This document shows, piece by piece, positions 28,773 through 40,700 of a stretch of DNA of 64,000 bases; the stretch's first letter is position 1, and the number at the start of each line of letters is the position of its first letter. The stretch is from Calcarisporiella thermophila CBS 279.70. Its lineage: Eukaryota; Fungi; Calcarisporiellomycota. The notes beneath the pieces were generated by a model, which was given only the letters and a program-made list of their open reading frames with translations, was not told the origin of the DNA and did no database searches. The position numbers were made by a program, and so were the translations under genes. The DNA lies in the NCBI RefSeq assembly GCF_041956535.1, contig NW_027192196.1, forward strand, positions 266,921-330,920. The letters run 5' to 3'.

Positions 28773-30185
28773 ATGTCTGAGGAGAACAATCATAGATCCT
28801 CCGATCCTCCCTCCTCCCTCTCTTCTTCCCTTTCCTCCCTCTTACCTCCTCCTAAATCTACATCTAGAATCGGCAGTCTCTCATCCCTCCCTCCAGCAAC
28901 CCAATCCTCATCTCCAGCACCGAAAAAAAAACGCGAGGGAACTGTGAAGATTTTAGTAGATCTTCCAACCCAAAATGCAGAGTCAGACGAAGACGATGAT
29001 CACAGACAAAAGAGGCCACGTTTAGGGAATGGAGGCGGAGGCGGAGGCGGAGGGCTTGCTGATTTATTGCCTGCGCCAAAACATGTTGCTCCCCAGAGGG
29101 CAGAGGAGAAGAGTAGCGTGTCAACCAAGAGCTTTGTCCCTACTAGTTTGGCGAAGAAGAAGAAGGTCCAGCCTTCGGAAAGTGATTCTAAGAAAACAGA
29201 AAAGAGCAAAAATACCAAATCAGGTACCGACTCTTCGCTGCGCATGGAAAAAGTCAAAGAGGGGGAAGGAATATTGAAGAAGGGTCCATCAGAGGAGACT
29301 GAGCAGACATCAAATAGTAGGACCTCTCATTCTTTACACTCTTGCTCTTAATTTCCGTAGCTAATTAATTTTTTTTAGGCGGGAGTGTAGAGGGCGTTCA
29401 ATACGACACAGATGCCTCGTCGGCCTTGCATAAAAATTCATCGCAATCATCGCATCCATCTTCAGAACAATCCCAATCCTATGAAGGTGCTGGCTACACA
29501 GCAGCCGACATGTACCGATATCCTGGCGATGATACTCAAGCAGCCTACGCGGGCTACTACGGACAAAACTGGGCAGGATATTGGCAGGAAGGGTATGATT
29601 ATAGCCAATACTATGGACAATATGGGCAGGAATACTATGGCACTGAAGATTCAGCGCAACAGGAGTCTTCAACCGGTGCGGAATTGAGTGACGAAATTGT
29701 AATCCCCTTTCTGCTATGTGTACTCAATTTCATGAAACTTATCCTTGTATTTTCATGTCCCTAGCTGGCCAAACTTGGCGGCCGACGGGGTAAAAATAGT
29801 CAGATAAAAATCCACGACGTGAATATGGCAGAGCAGGTGCAAGGATGGAAGCCACCCGTTCAGAGCCTTACCGCACCGAAACAGGAAGCTATGCCAGAGG
29901 TGATTATCAGCAATTTATCACATGTTCAAGACGGGATTCTGATTTAACGTTTTATTGTTTCCTCCCTGACACTAGCATTTGATCCCTACGATGACTCAGA
30001 AGAGAAAACACAATCTCAAGTATCTCGCATTCCAGGCTAAGGCCATGGAGCACGAGTACAAGGAAGCGTTCGCGGCCAATAGAAAGTCTAAGCGCGAGAC
30101 TCAATCTAAATACGGTACGTCTGTGCTTTGGTTGCACCTCAGGGTCCTTACGCTAATTCTGTTTTTACGTTTTGTAGGCTTTTAA
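28773..30185 (+). CDS. PRCC: PRCC-like proline-rich splicing/mitotic checkpoint protein
   Basis: N-terminal SLLPPPK and DLLPAPK repeats; C-terminal QKRKHNLKYLAFQAK...NRKSKRETQSKYGF*. Confidence 0.85.
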
Positions 30186-30220
30186 ATCTTTGTATTATCC
30201 CTGTTTGGACTGTCCAATAA

Positions 30221-30262
30221 AAATAATAATAATAATAATAAAAAATAATAACAATAATAATA
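30221..30262. repeat. (AAT)n microsatellite downstream of PRCC
   Basis: aataataataataataataaaaaataataacaataataat. Confidence 0.8.
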
Positions 30263-31427
30263 TAGAAATAATCTGTATGATGAATCTGGTTATTTGAAGA
30301 AGCCCAGGGTCCCTAGAGTTCCCGCACCGTAGCCCGAGAGGATGCGGGCTGCAGACTAGGGTGTTGGAGCGGGACGTCAACATCGAAAGACAGCCGGCGT
30401 CAAAATGCACACATGGATAGGGTGTGGTTGGAGCGGGAATGGGCGGGGGCGGGGGTGTGCACGGAGACGTCTTCAACCCGCTGAAATAAGAGCCTTTGAG
30501 GCCCAAACTCTCCGCGGTTCCAAACTTGGCTTTCCCTCCCAGCCAAGCTGCCACACTCCACTGCCAACCCCTCCACGCATTTGCATCCAATTGCGGGCGG
30601 CCCTGCTTCTCCGAACGCTGTATGCGGATGCTTGTGATTGCCGTCTCGAATTAACGGACAGAGCTCGGCTCCAGGGGCGGGCTGCGACTTTGCCCCCCGG
30701 AAGCCGTGGTTTAATGCAACCATGCATGCCTCGCTTCGGGTGACATCAGCCCAAAATGAACCGCATGGACATAAGCGAATAATAACGACATATCCGGAGG
30801 GCCCAATCTAAATCCATTTAGAACTAGGTGCCGAGCTTACGGCCATTTTGGTTCCCATCGAAGCGGAGGTAACCCGAGGGACTGGGGAGAAAAAAGAAAA
30901 AAATCCTGCCGCGCTCGAGGGCGTACCATCTGCAGCAATGGGCATCCGCTTGCCAGCCGGGCTGGCGAAGGAGCTAGCGTGCTTTCGGCCGTGCATTTTA
31001 TCAGCCGGAGGTTCATGTGAGGTGCGGAGGTTTTACCGGAGAACCGATCACAGACGTGTATGCAGAACCCTGTTGAACCCTGCGTCAAATATGATATCAA
31101 CTTGTCACACTCATCGCCCGGAAAATACCCCTCGACCCCTTAAATTAAGCTCATCCGAAAGCTGTAGGGCGTCCTTTATGGAAGCGGTGCTATCGAATAG
31201 ACTCTCCTTGTCTTTAATAAGCTCCTTTCTCATCCTCTATTTTCTCCCTGCTTCAGCGCGAACCTCCTTCTCCCGCTCGCCTGGACATCCTCGGGCATGC
31301 CCCTTCCGCCGAATATATAAGTACCTCCTAGGTTGGCCTTGCCGCCATCTTGTTGTCATTGCCATTCCATCCTAACGGCATTCTTCCCCCCATTCCAGTG
31401 CATGTACATCCCATTCCTGGCTCATTC

Positions 31428-33515
31428 ATGGAGGCATTTCACGGTATGGTGCAGCGCGTCTCGCTTTGCTAGTCTATTCTCTGCTTCCCACTCCCCCAAC
31501 TAATATGCCTCTCTTGCTTCAAGGACTTGTTGAAAACACCCTGGATGCTCTTGTGATATTCGGTGGGTGTTGCTTCTGCTCTGCCCCCCTCTCCCTCTCT
31601 CTCCTCTTTCCTCACCACACCCGAGTATTGAACCGGCGCTTCTGCTTTGCTTCGTATTTTTTAGAGGGCTGCCGGCTGGGCATTCTTCCACGCACTAAGC
31701 GTCGCCTTCATGACGCCGACAAGCGGCGACTCACCTCGGGCGCCGTCTTCGTCTTTGATGAACGCGAGTCGGGAATCAAGCGATGGACGGACGGGCAAGT
31801 GTCCTCTAACCTGCCCCAAAGCATTCAATCCCTCTTGGCTGACTGTCGCCTTCCTCCTAATGACTGATTAGCCGCCTCTGGTCCCCTTCACGCATCAGCG
31901 GCAATTTTCTTGTCTACCGCGAAGTCCAGCGAAAGGTGGTCGACGCCAAAAAAAACACCCCTCTGAACAAGGAGATCGTGGACGCTTCCAGGGCAAAAGG
32001 CCTTCAAGTGCTGGGATGCAACAAAGGAACGTTTGTCTTCCGCCCCGGCGGCTTGATCAAGAAGACCATTTCGGCCGTGGTGGAGGGCTCCATACAGCAC
32101 CTGGTGCATTATATCAATAAACAAGGTATGCGTGGGTGGAATGCGCTATTTTCCCTTTCTCCATTGTTATTCGTATATTTTGCCAGTGGGGCGAATGGAT
32201 CTCTTCCATGCCATTGCTCACAAGTTTCTAACCTGCTTGCCCCAAATATGAAGATATAGGGAAGGGCGAACTTCATCCTCCCCGTGCTTACGCCGAGCTG
32301 GCCAACATCGAGATCTCGCCCGAGTTCATCGCTTCCCAACGCTTTCTCCGCCCAATTACACCCGAGCGACAGCTCGAGACCCATGAGTGCTCAGAGTCAG
32401 AGCTGCTGCCGGTGTCCACCTCTTCGCCCTCATCCACAAGCGATGATTCAGGCCCAGGCTCAGACATCTCGCCCACCTCCTATGGCAGACATGTGATGAA
32501 TTTGCCCCTATCGAGGTCCAGAGAGAATTCGCAGCCGGACTTCACCGCTGGCGCGTGTACCAAGAAAAAAAGATACCAGATCGTGCACACGGGGGAGGCC
32601 GACGTAGTTCCGATGCTCGACTCGACGACAGAGCCCGATGTCCTGCCCTCTTCGCCCTTCCCGGAAGCCGCATCCCCCTTGGCGCATCATGCCTATTACG
32701 ATAAGACCCTCCAATTATCTTTTAGAAATTTTAGTTTTGATCATTCAACTCATGAGAGTCAACAGCACCAAGCACCACCGCTGATTCTTCCTCAGCCACA
32801 GCAGCCCCCAGCACACCCTCAGCCGCGGCAGGCGGACGAGGAGGAAGAGAAGGTTCGGCCATCCTTCCCCAACTTTGAAATGTTGGACCATCACCAAGTA
32901 AACTCGATTCCCCTGTTTGAGGGCCGAGCTGAATATTCGGAGCAGGATCTTAGGAATATGGCACAGCCTTTAGGTGGCCAAGCTGAGGGGCTGTTGGATC
33001 ATATTTCCGCTTTCTATGAAGGGCTTGGTCTTTTTAGCTCGAACACCCTTGAAGATTACTTGCTCACTCAACAGGAGGTCCAGCCATTTTCTCCTCTTTC
33101 TCTCCCGAACCTGTCGCCATCCCCATCTTCTCTTCCTCGACTAGTGTCAATGAATCCCGTTCTATTCCGGGGCATCAATTTCCAAAACTCGCCGAGTATA
33201 CCTCACCAAGTCGGTGAGAACGAGGATATGTATGCTTGCAGTAGTCAATGGGTAGATTCTCTCAATCAGTATGCTGCTACAACTGACGTTAATGATGAAA
33301 TGACTCCAATACCAAACATAGCATCGACATTGGTACTAAGCGCAAGTGCAAATTCTGACTGTGCTGGAATTCAAGACTTTAGTCATATCAATGGGCAAGA
33401 CGCGAATGAGCTAGAATACAGGGAGGAGCAAATTTCCATATCGTTATCGTCATCCTCAATTTTCTCTAATATTTCCTCTGCATTGTCTTCTCCTGTTATA
33501 CAACCAGATTCATAA
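31428..33515 (+). CDS. Gti1/Pac2 (WOPR) family transcription factor, multi-exon, including one GC-AG intron (31795-31871)
   Basis: MEAFHGLVENTLDALVIFEGCRLGILP..RRL, SGAVFVFDERESGIKRWTDGRLWSPSRISGNFLVYRE and GLIKKTIS...QHLVHY, followed by a long S/P/Q-rich tail. TATA-like tatataa at 31314. Confidence 0.92.
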
Positions 33516-33734
33516 TCTTTAAATACTGAGTATTTTTTTTTCCTCCCTGCAACTATTATTTCTCTCTTTTTTTCATACACTCTGCAACTATACCTGCAAT
33601 AAATAATGGCATTTATTTTTTTCATTTTATTAAAGGTTGGCGCAGCTGCCTCCAATTGTGATGAGATTCATATTCATTGCCGAAAAACTCGGGAGATCTA
33701 ACTTCGTCCCGCTCTCCTCACAAGCTAATTAAGA

Positions 33735-34835
33735 ATGTCAAAACGATATCTACCGGATTGGTATCTACTCTCATCTCTCGTTCGCTTTCGTCCAGGAACC
33801 CGCGCTATTTCTCTTACTCCAGCCTTGTCCTTTTCCCAGCGTCGATCTAAATCGGAGCAAGAACTCTACCTTAAACTGACACAGACCTTTCGACAGAAAC
33901 TACTCGAAAAGACATCCCAACCCGCCACGCTCTATAACGATGCCATTATAAATGCACTTTCCCCGCTCAAAAAAGCAAAGCCTGGGAAACCACAGTTGCT
34001 TCATGATCAAATTTCGCAGGCCTGTGCTCGTGGTGATGTGGCCGATTTAAGAATGCTGGCGAAAAGAGCGATCGAAACTGGTGAAGGCGCGGTAGCCTAT
34101 CAGCGTTTGATGCTTGGATTTATAAAAGCAGGGGAGCCGGAGGATGCAATACAATTGTATAACGATTTGCTCTCCGAGGGTCATTTGCCTACTCGTCCAA
34201 TGCTTACATTACTCATAAGCGCAACCTTGCGGAAGCAGCGAGAGCGCTGCGAAGAGTACGTTCGGGTGTACCACGCTCTCGGCTTTCGTCCCGGAAACAA
34301 GACGGAACATGTCGTCTTACTGCGCTACCATATCTGGGCTCAGGAGATAGAGCATGCACGCAAAGTGTGGTATTCGATGCGATCAAAACACTTTTTGGAC
34401 GGGAACGTGGGGGTTGACTATATGGGCTTTTTGGTAAAATCGGGCCTCGTAGGAGAGGCTGCCGCGGTGGCGAAGGAAGTAGGCGGGGATGGCATTGTGT
34501 TAAGGGAGGGGCAGCCAAAGCGGAGGGCTTTAGAGCTGGTGAAGACGTTCGCCCGCAATGGATATGCCATCGAGGCAGAGAGTCTCCTACTGGGGGTTGT
34601 AGCAGCTAGAGACGATGCTGCGACCGAGGGTGTGGTTGAAGCCTATTTGGCCCAAAATCTACCTGCGCGTGCACTACGATTTACACGAGATGCGCGAGAA
34701 TTGGGTATAGTTGGCCAGGACGAGGCCAAGCGGTTAACGGAAATGGCATTGGCTGCCATAAACGAGAGAAAGCTCTGGGGTGAAAAGGAGCTTGATATTG
34801 AGTACTCTGCTGTATTAGAGGGTGGAAAATTGTAA
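33735..34835 (+). CDS. Pentatricopeptide-repeat (PPR)-like protein, probably mitochondrial, intronless
   Basis: R/S/L-rich N-terminus; PPR-like unit YQRLMLGFIKAGEPEDAIQLYNDLLSEGHLPT plus further degenerate helical repeats. Confidence 0.75.
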   Translation: MSKRYLPDWYLLSSLVRFRPGTRAISLTPALSFSQRRSKSEQELYLKLTQTFRQKLLEKTSQPATLYNDAIINALSPLKKAKPGKPQLLHDQISQACARGDVADLRMLAKRAIETGEGAVAYQRLMLGFIKAGEPEDAIQLYNDLLSEGHLPTRPMLTLLISATLRKQRERCEEYVRVYHALGFRPGNKTEHVVLLRYHIWAQEIEHARKVWYSMRSKHFLDGNVGVDYMGFLVKSGLVGEAAAVAKEVGGDGIVLREGQPKRRALELVKTFARNGYAIEAESLLLGVVAARDDAATEGVVEAYLAQNLPARALRFTRDARELGIVGQDEAKRLTEMALAAINERKLWGEKELDIEYSAVLEGGKL

Positions 34836-34841
34836 ACACCA

Positions 34842-34884
34842 TTTTGTTTTTGTTTTTGTTTTTGTTTTTTTTTTTTTTTTTTTT
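34842..34884. repeat. (TTTTTG)n plus poly-T tract just after the PPR gene stop
   Basis: ttttgtttttgtttttgtttttg followed by a long T run. Confidence 0.8.
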
Positions 34885-35015
34885 ACCTTGTAAATATATG
34901 AAGAAATGGAATTGTCAATACGCCGCTACTTTCTCTTTTGATGGAGCAAAGAATACAGCATAAATGAGAGAGAAATAAAAAAAAACCGCTGCATAACGAT
35001 TAATTTCAAAATAAA

Positions 35016-35107
35016 ACGCGATCCGTGCTTGAATAGCAGAGTAATGTGATTTTCCATGGCACACAATCCACCATAATTCATTATTTGAAACGCGTAGAAA
35101 GACGCGT
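35016..35107. promoter_or_regulatory. Cluster of MCB-like elements (ACGCGA 35016, ACGCGT 35090, ACGCGT 35102) upstream of the CUE-Myb-U-box gene
   Basis: Three ACGCG cores within ~90 bp of AT-rich DNA, 150-240 bp upstream of ATG 35255. Function is inferred. Confidence 0.45.
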
Positions 35108-35254
35108 CGTTTTTTTTTCTCCTAAGTTAAACGAGAGCCTTTTATTTTTTTGCTCATTCAACTCATTCACTCATCACATATAGCTCTTTCTCACCATTCC
35201 ATCGCCACCATCCGATTGAGCGGCTTCAACTGAGTTGATCTAGACCCGATCAGA

Positions 35255-37577
35255 ATGGCTCCGCGCGCAAGTGCATCCAATTCATCTGCACATGCACCAA
35301 CTGCAAGTACGGCAGCGGAGGAGAAAGGAGGCGAAAGGTTCACGTCAAAGTTCTTTCCTGATTCTGGCACGTGTTTTATTTTTGACATTTGACATTTTAT
35401 TTTTTTCTACCCTCAAAATAACTAGCTAATCTCTTCTTTGCTTTCTTACTCCTCTCATTAATACAGAGCTCACTTCTGTAACTTCGAAATGCACCGCGAA
35501 ATGGAAAGAGTATAGCATTCCCAGTGAGATCCGAGTGCGATCCATACTGGTAGATATCCGAGCATTTTATGTTTTATATTACTTGACGTACATGCGTGCG
35601 GGTTGTCGGTATAATATAGCGTTGATGGACTGATATCTTCAATACATTTTTTTTTTCTTTAGTCCAAGTTGAGGGAAATTTCTCTGAAGAAGCCAGAGGA
35701 GCAGCTCGAGGAAGAAGAGGAGCCAAAATTGGAAATGGGCCATGAGGAGGAGTAGCTATCATTTCTTCGCAAATTTTATGCATTCGCCATACTAAATATC
35801 TATCTTTGTTAATCAGAGAAGAAATCGAGACGGTTCGAAAAGAACGAGTTTTCGAAGAGGATGTAAACGAGCAAGAAATGGAGATTATCCAGAAGAGAGT
35901 GGCTCTACAGCAGCGCAAGGTATTTATACTTTTCGGACGAATGCAGACTCTTCTTTAGAAATTCTGACCCGTTTCTGGTCTAGTTCCAAGAGTTCGAACG
36001 AAGAGAGAAACAGAGAAAATATCGCAAGGTTCGCGCCATGTTTGATTATCTGGCTGATGAAGAAATAGACGAGGCCCTTGCGGATTGCGAGAACGACGAG
36101 GATGAGGTGATTGTAAGATTTACGCAGCCTGGCTACCTCTACGACGTGCGCAAAAATCTGGCACACAAGCATTCAGCTCCCGAATCCAGTAAGTGATAAA
36201 TTGTGTTCAGGAGAAAAAGGGAGGTATAAGAGATTTTTTATTCTTCCATGAAAATTAGCGACAGGGATGACGGATGAACAGCGTGAAGCGTATCAACAGC
36301 TGTTGAAAAAGCGTTCAGAGACACTAAAAAAGACCACAACCGAGTCGGCCAAGAAGTATGTTAATTGCCTCTGATGCTATCTGAATTGGGGCACTCACCC
36401 TTTTTTCTTTAGGCAATATCGTATGGGCGGTCGTCTTGGGCTCGATGAGGCAATCCGGCAGGCGCAGATGCACAAGATCGACCCGAAGAAAGCATTTGAG
36501 GGTTGGTCACAAGCGCGCATCCGTGCGTGGGATCAGCGCGATAAAAATCCAAACTCTTATTATTATCGCTTTAATGCCCCAGGAGAGGTGCAGCGCAAAG
36601 GACAGTGGACGAAGGTGGGCTCTCCCTTCATCGGCTGCTTTATTCCACACCACTTATTTCTAATATATCGATTGATTAGGAGGAAGAAAAGGTCTTTTTC
36701 AAGCGACTCGATGAGATCGGTGCCAATGGCCAGTGGGGGATTTTCTCAATGGCAATCCCGGGTCGGGTTGGCTACCAGTGCTCGAACTTCTACCGTCTGT
36801 TGATCGAGTCGGGCCGCGTCAAGGATCCCAATTATGTTCTGGACGAAAAGGGCAAGGCCCACTACTTGTTTAGTCATAAGAACAAGGAGACAGGAAAGGA
36901 GGAGAAGGTATTCCGAACCCACCGTAAGCATGGATCCGCGCCCGGAACGGTAGGGGGAGGCTCCGTAAGGGCGACGCGCTCAACTGCCGGCAAAAAGGGC
37001 AAAAGAAAGCGTAAGACTTACTCGGGCGATACGGATGAGGATGAGGATGATTTCGAGGACGAGGATGATTCTGGCGAGTATGTGATGAAGAGTTGGAATC
37101 CTACCAAGCGCGTGAGAAGCTCGCGCTCTGCCCTGTCACGAGAATTCTCATATGCGGAAAATGACGAGGAGGAAGAAGAGGAGGACGAGCTCTTCGATGA
37201 GAACCCGTTGCCCGGTTTTATTGACCCGATTACGTTGGAAGAGGTCGAGAAGCCAGCTATCTGTAAATATGGCCACGTGATGGGGTAAGCTCTTCCACCA
37301 TTTGGAATATCCTCCTAGCGCAGAGTAGAATGACCTTGTGACTATTGTCTAATCGTAGATATGATAGCTGGATCCGCTGCCTGACGGCGGAGGCCACCAA
37401 GAACATCTGCCCTATGACCAAGCAGCACATGACGAAGCGTGATCTAGGTGAGTGTATATTTGTGTTTTCAGGGTTGGTTGCTCTACTCCTTACGGATCGT
37501 TTTGTGCTTTCTCCCGCATAGTCATCTTAACCCACGACAATATCGAGGAGTATCGGGACAAGATTGTAAACAGCTAA
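35255..37577 (+). CDS. Uncharacterised protein with CUE-like, Myb/SANT-like and C-terminal U-box/RING-like domains; multi-exon, 5' exons uncertain
   Basis: AMFDYLADEEIDEALADCENDEDEVI (CUE-like); NPNSYYYRFNAPGE..GQWTKEEE..F....WGIFSMAIPGRVGYQCSNFYR (Myb-like); FIDPITLEEVEKPAICKYGHVMGYDSWIRCL...CPMTKQ (U-box-like). Confidence 0.8.
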
Positions 37578-37751
37578 TTTTGTTTTTGTTTTTTCCTCTC
37601 CTTCTTTATAATTATTATTGTTGTGAATGAATATTAAGAAAAAAATAATGAAATAAACCCTGATCCATCCGCTTGTAACAACGTGAAATTGCAGGCAAGA
37701 GACGAAGAATTCATTTCAACAGCGGCTCTCTATTCAAACGCCCCATGTAGC

Positions 37752-40700
37752 TCAAAATTCATACCACTTCTTCTTTTCCTGTTGCTCCCGTAGCTTGCGT
37801 GCCATTTTTGCAAAATCTGCAGAAGCGTTGGCCGTCTCCTCAAATTTCTCGGTCAGCTCATTAAGCCGCTGACCGCGTTCGTGGAGAGCTTGGGTGGTCT
37901 GTTCAAAAATGGTCTTCGACCTTGGGCCAGGCTGTGTTCCGCTTTCTCTTCTGTTGGGATAGGTATTGGTGCGTCTATAGGCTCGTGTGCAAGGAGGTCT
38001 ATTTGGCCCGCCCACTGATCGACGGGAGAGGAAGAGGGGAGAGGTCAATAATTGTAATCAAAGCATGGAAAAATTCACTATATGACTTACATATGTCATC
38101 CAGCTCTTGGACACTCAACGTGCCTGAGATCCCAAGCCACCCTCGGAGACCGCTCCGCGTAGGAGTGGGGGCAGGAGGCAAGGCACGATTGCGATCATGG
38201 AGGGAGATGGATTTTTTCACAGAGCTGTCAATGGGTAAAGATCAGAAAGCATATTACGTCCACAATGAGCTAAAGAAACCTACATTCTGCTGGATTTAAT
38301 AAGCTGAAACTGTTGATACTCAAAGGGTCCCGTCGGTATCAGCCATCGCCCATCCGGCGTGATGTCGCTACTTGCCACACCGTCTAATAACTGGGTTGGT
38401 ATTTCTGACTCTGCGAGGATTTTTAAATGGGGTATTGAATATATCGCCACTTTTCCTCCGCTGAAAAAGCATGTCAAACAAACTCTTTCGCTCTTCGATT
38501 CGTCCAATAACTTCACAAGTCTAGCCCTGATAAGTTGAGCAACCTGGCCGTCTTCGCCGGAGGAGGCATTTAAATGGGGCTGTTCCTTGAATAAGCACTT
38601 GTATAGGCGGGTTTCGGAGCAGTCCAAGTGTATTCGGATGGCGGCAGCGGTGCAAATGATGAAATAATGCGGCTCATGTGCACAAGAGGAACGGTGCATG
38701 TTGTCTTTGCTAGCTGGGAAATGATTTACACCATCGTCGGCTTCATTACCTGCTCCGATTTTGCCCCCTCCTTCATCTTTGGTCGACGTCGCCGTTATCG
38801 GGGCGGGGTCACTGTTTACCGGAGGGACGGGTTGTTCGTCATCCTCTTTCGCCTGACCAGTTGTCATTTCATTTCTAGCAGGTTGTGTAGGTGCCGAGGC
38901 CCTTATCTCTACAGGGATCATTTCATTCCCCCGAAGATCAATGATGGAGGTATAGACTATGCGGGATTTTTCCTTAGCTTGATATACAGTGGAAGGGTGC
39001 ACCTGGTAACCAGAGGATTTCGGAACAATTCGAAAAGCTCGAATAGTACCATGGTTGGTCCCTATAATAAGGCGCAGACAAGCAGTTTGCTCTGTGCAAA
39101 ATATTCAATTTGAAAGTTATTTTAGCATGTGCCTTATGGGTTTTCTAAAATAAAGAACGCATTTAACTAAAGACATACCATCACCCTGTGAAAAGCTTTC
39201 AAAAAAGCCCAGGGTTGTCACCAAGTGATTCACCCGGTTCCCTTCTATTCCTTCCTTGTGATCCCCTTGGTCGTGTCCCTCGAGGGTGTTCATGTTTTCA
39301 AAATAGACCACTTCTTCATTATCGATATCCACAATACTCAAACATCCGTCCAGATCAGCCATAGCTAATAGATTGCCAACGAGAGTCAGAGATGAGATCG
39401 GCTGGTGATGGAGTTTGAGTATAAGCGCGGGGTAAACGAGGGAGCTTAGGCTACGTGAGAAGTGACTGATGGTAAGTTGTGGAATCCAAGTATTTTTTTT
39501 CGAGTTTTCTGGAGCGGTCAGTTCTTGGCCAGAGATTGACTCAGCATTATCAACTGCAGTAAAGATGGTGGTTGAATCGTTGTTTTTAGCCATTGGAGCG
39601 GCCTCTTCTAGTGGAGCTGGTTGATTTCTCGATTCGTTTTCTTGGCTTTGGGTTGTATCATCTTCTCCTTTCGCCTCAGTAGGTAACTGCAACTGGGAGG
39701 TCATGATATTCGCAGTGATTGATATTGGTCTGTCAGGGCTATTATCTTTCGCCATTGATTTATCTGCCTCAGCGTCAAGTTCCGTTGGTAATTCGTTTTG
39801 CTTCGACAAGCTTATATTGGTTATTGCTCCAGCGATTAGTTCCTCAGAATCGTCGAGCTCTACTTTCGGGAGTTCTGGAAGCTTTTTCTCCAGCTTCGTT
39901 TTTCGCTCACGCATGAATCCGTCTCTATAGCATATCATCACGTCTCCATTCTCAAATCCTAACAGAATTATGCCTGTTCCAGCAATCATTTCAACAGTGG
40001 TTACTCTTGCGCTTTTTCCCTTTTCTAGCCCTCTTGCTGCACACGTATCAACGGTGAGATGGGAGAGTGGACGGAGGGCTAGCAACGAAGCATCCCAAAA
40101 CCGGAGCGACGCGTCAGCATGAGCTGTGACAAGAATATCCTTCGTAGGAAGAATATAAGTGTGACCGTGTCCCATTAGGCCGCCCGTCAATGGCAAATGG
40201 CCGGGCAGTCGCGGGGTTTTGTCCCGGGGAGAGAGAGGTGCCAGGGAAGTTGTGTCGATGAACAGGTCAAATTCTGGGAGCCGTGTATATAATTTCGCAT
40301 CCACCACTCGCGGGTATAACCATTGTAGCGCAGAAGGCAATTGTAATTCGTCAAAAGCATCCGTGCGTTGATCGAATCCAAATGCTTGTATCCCTCCTGT
40401 CGCTGTCGAAAAAATCAATGCAAGCGGCTCAGTCGTTTTCCATGGTGTACGTGTCAGTACACAGAAATCAACCAATCCCTCCTCCACTTGGAGGATAGTG
40501 TGTCGCTTCGGGGAATGGTAGTGGTTTTTTTCGGAGAATTTTATAATATGTAGGCCCTTGACTTCGGTGGATCCACCAGCAACTAGGAGTGAGGTCTCGC
40601 TTGTATCGGTCCCGAACGCAAACCACGCAATATGATACACAGGTTCATTTAATGTAGAAGACGTGGATGCAGGATTCAGGCCTGTCGGATCCTGGACGGG

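Noticed and set aside
30195-31375. Overlapping ORFs of 60-175 aa upstream of the WOPR gene
   Set aside because: GC-rich promoter-like DNA with ORFs in several frames on both strands, mostly non-ATG starts, and no recognisable protein features.
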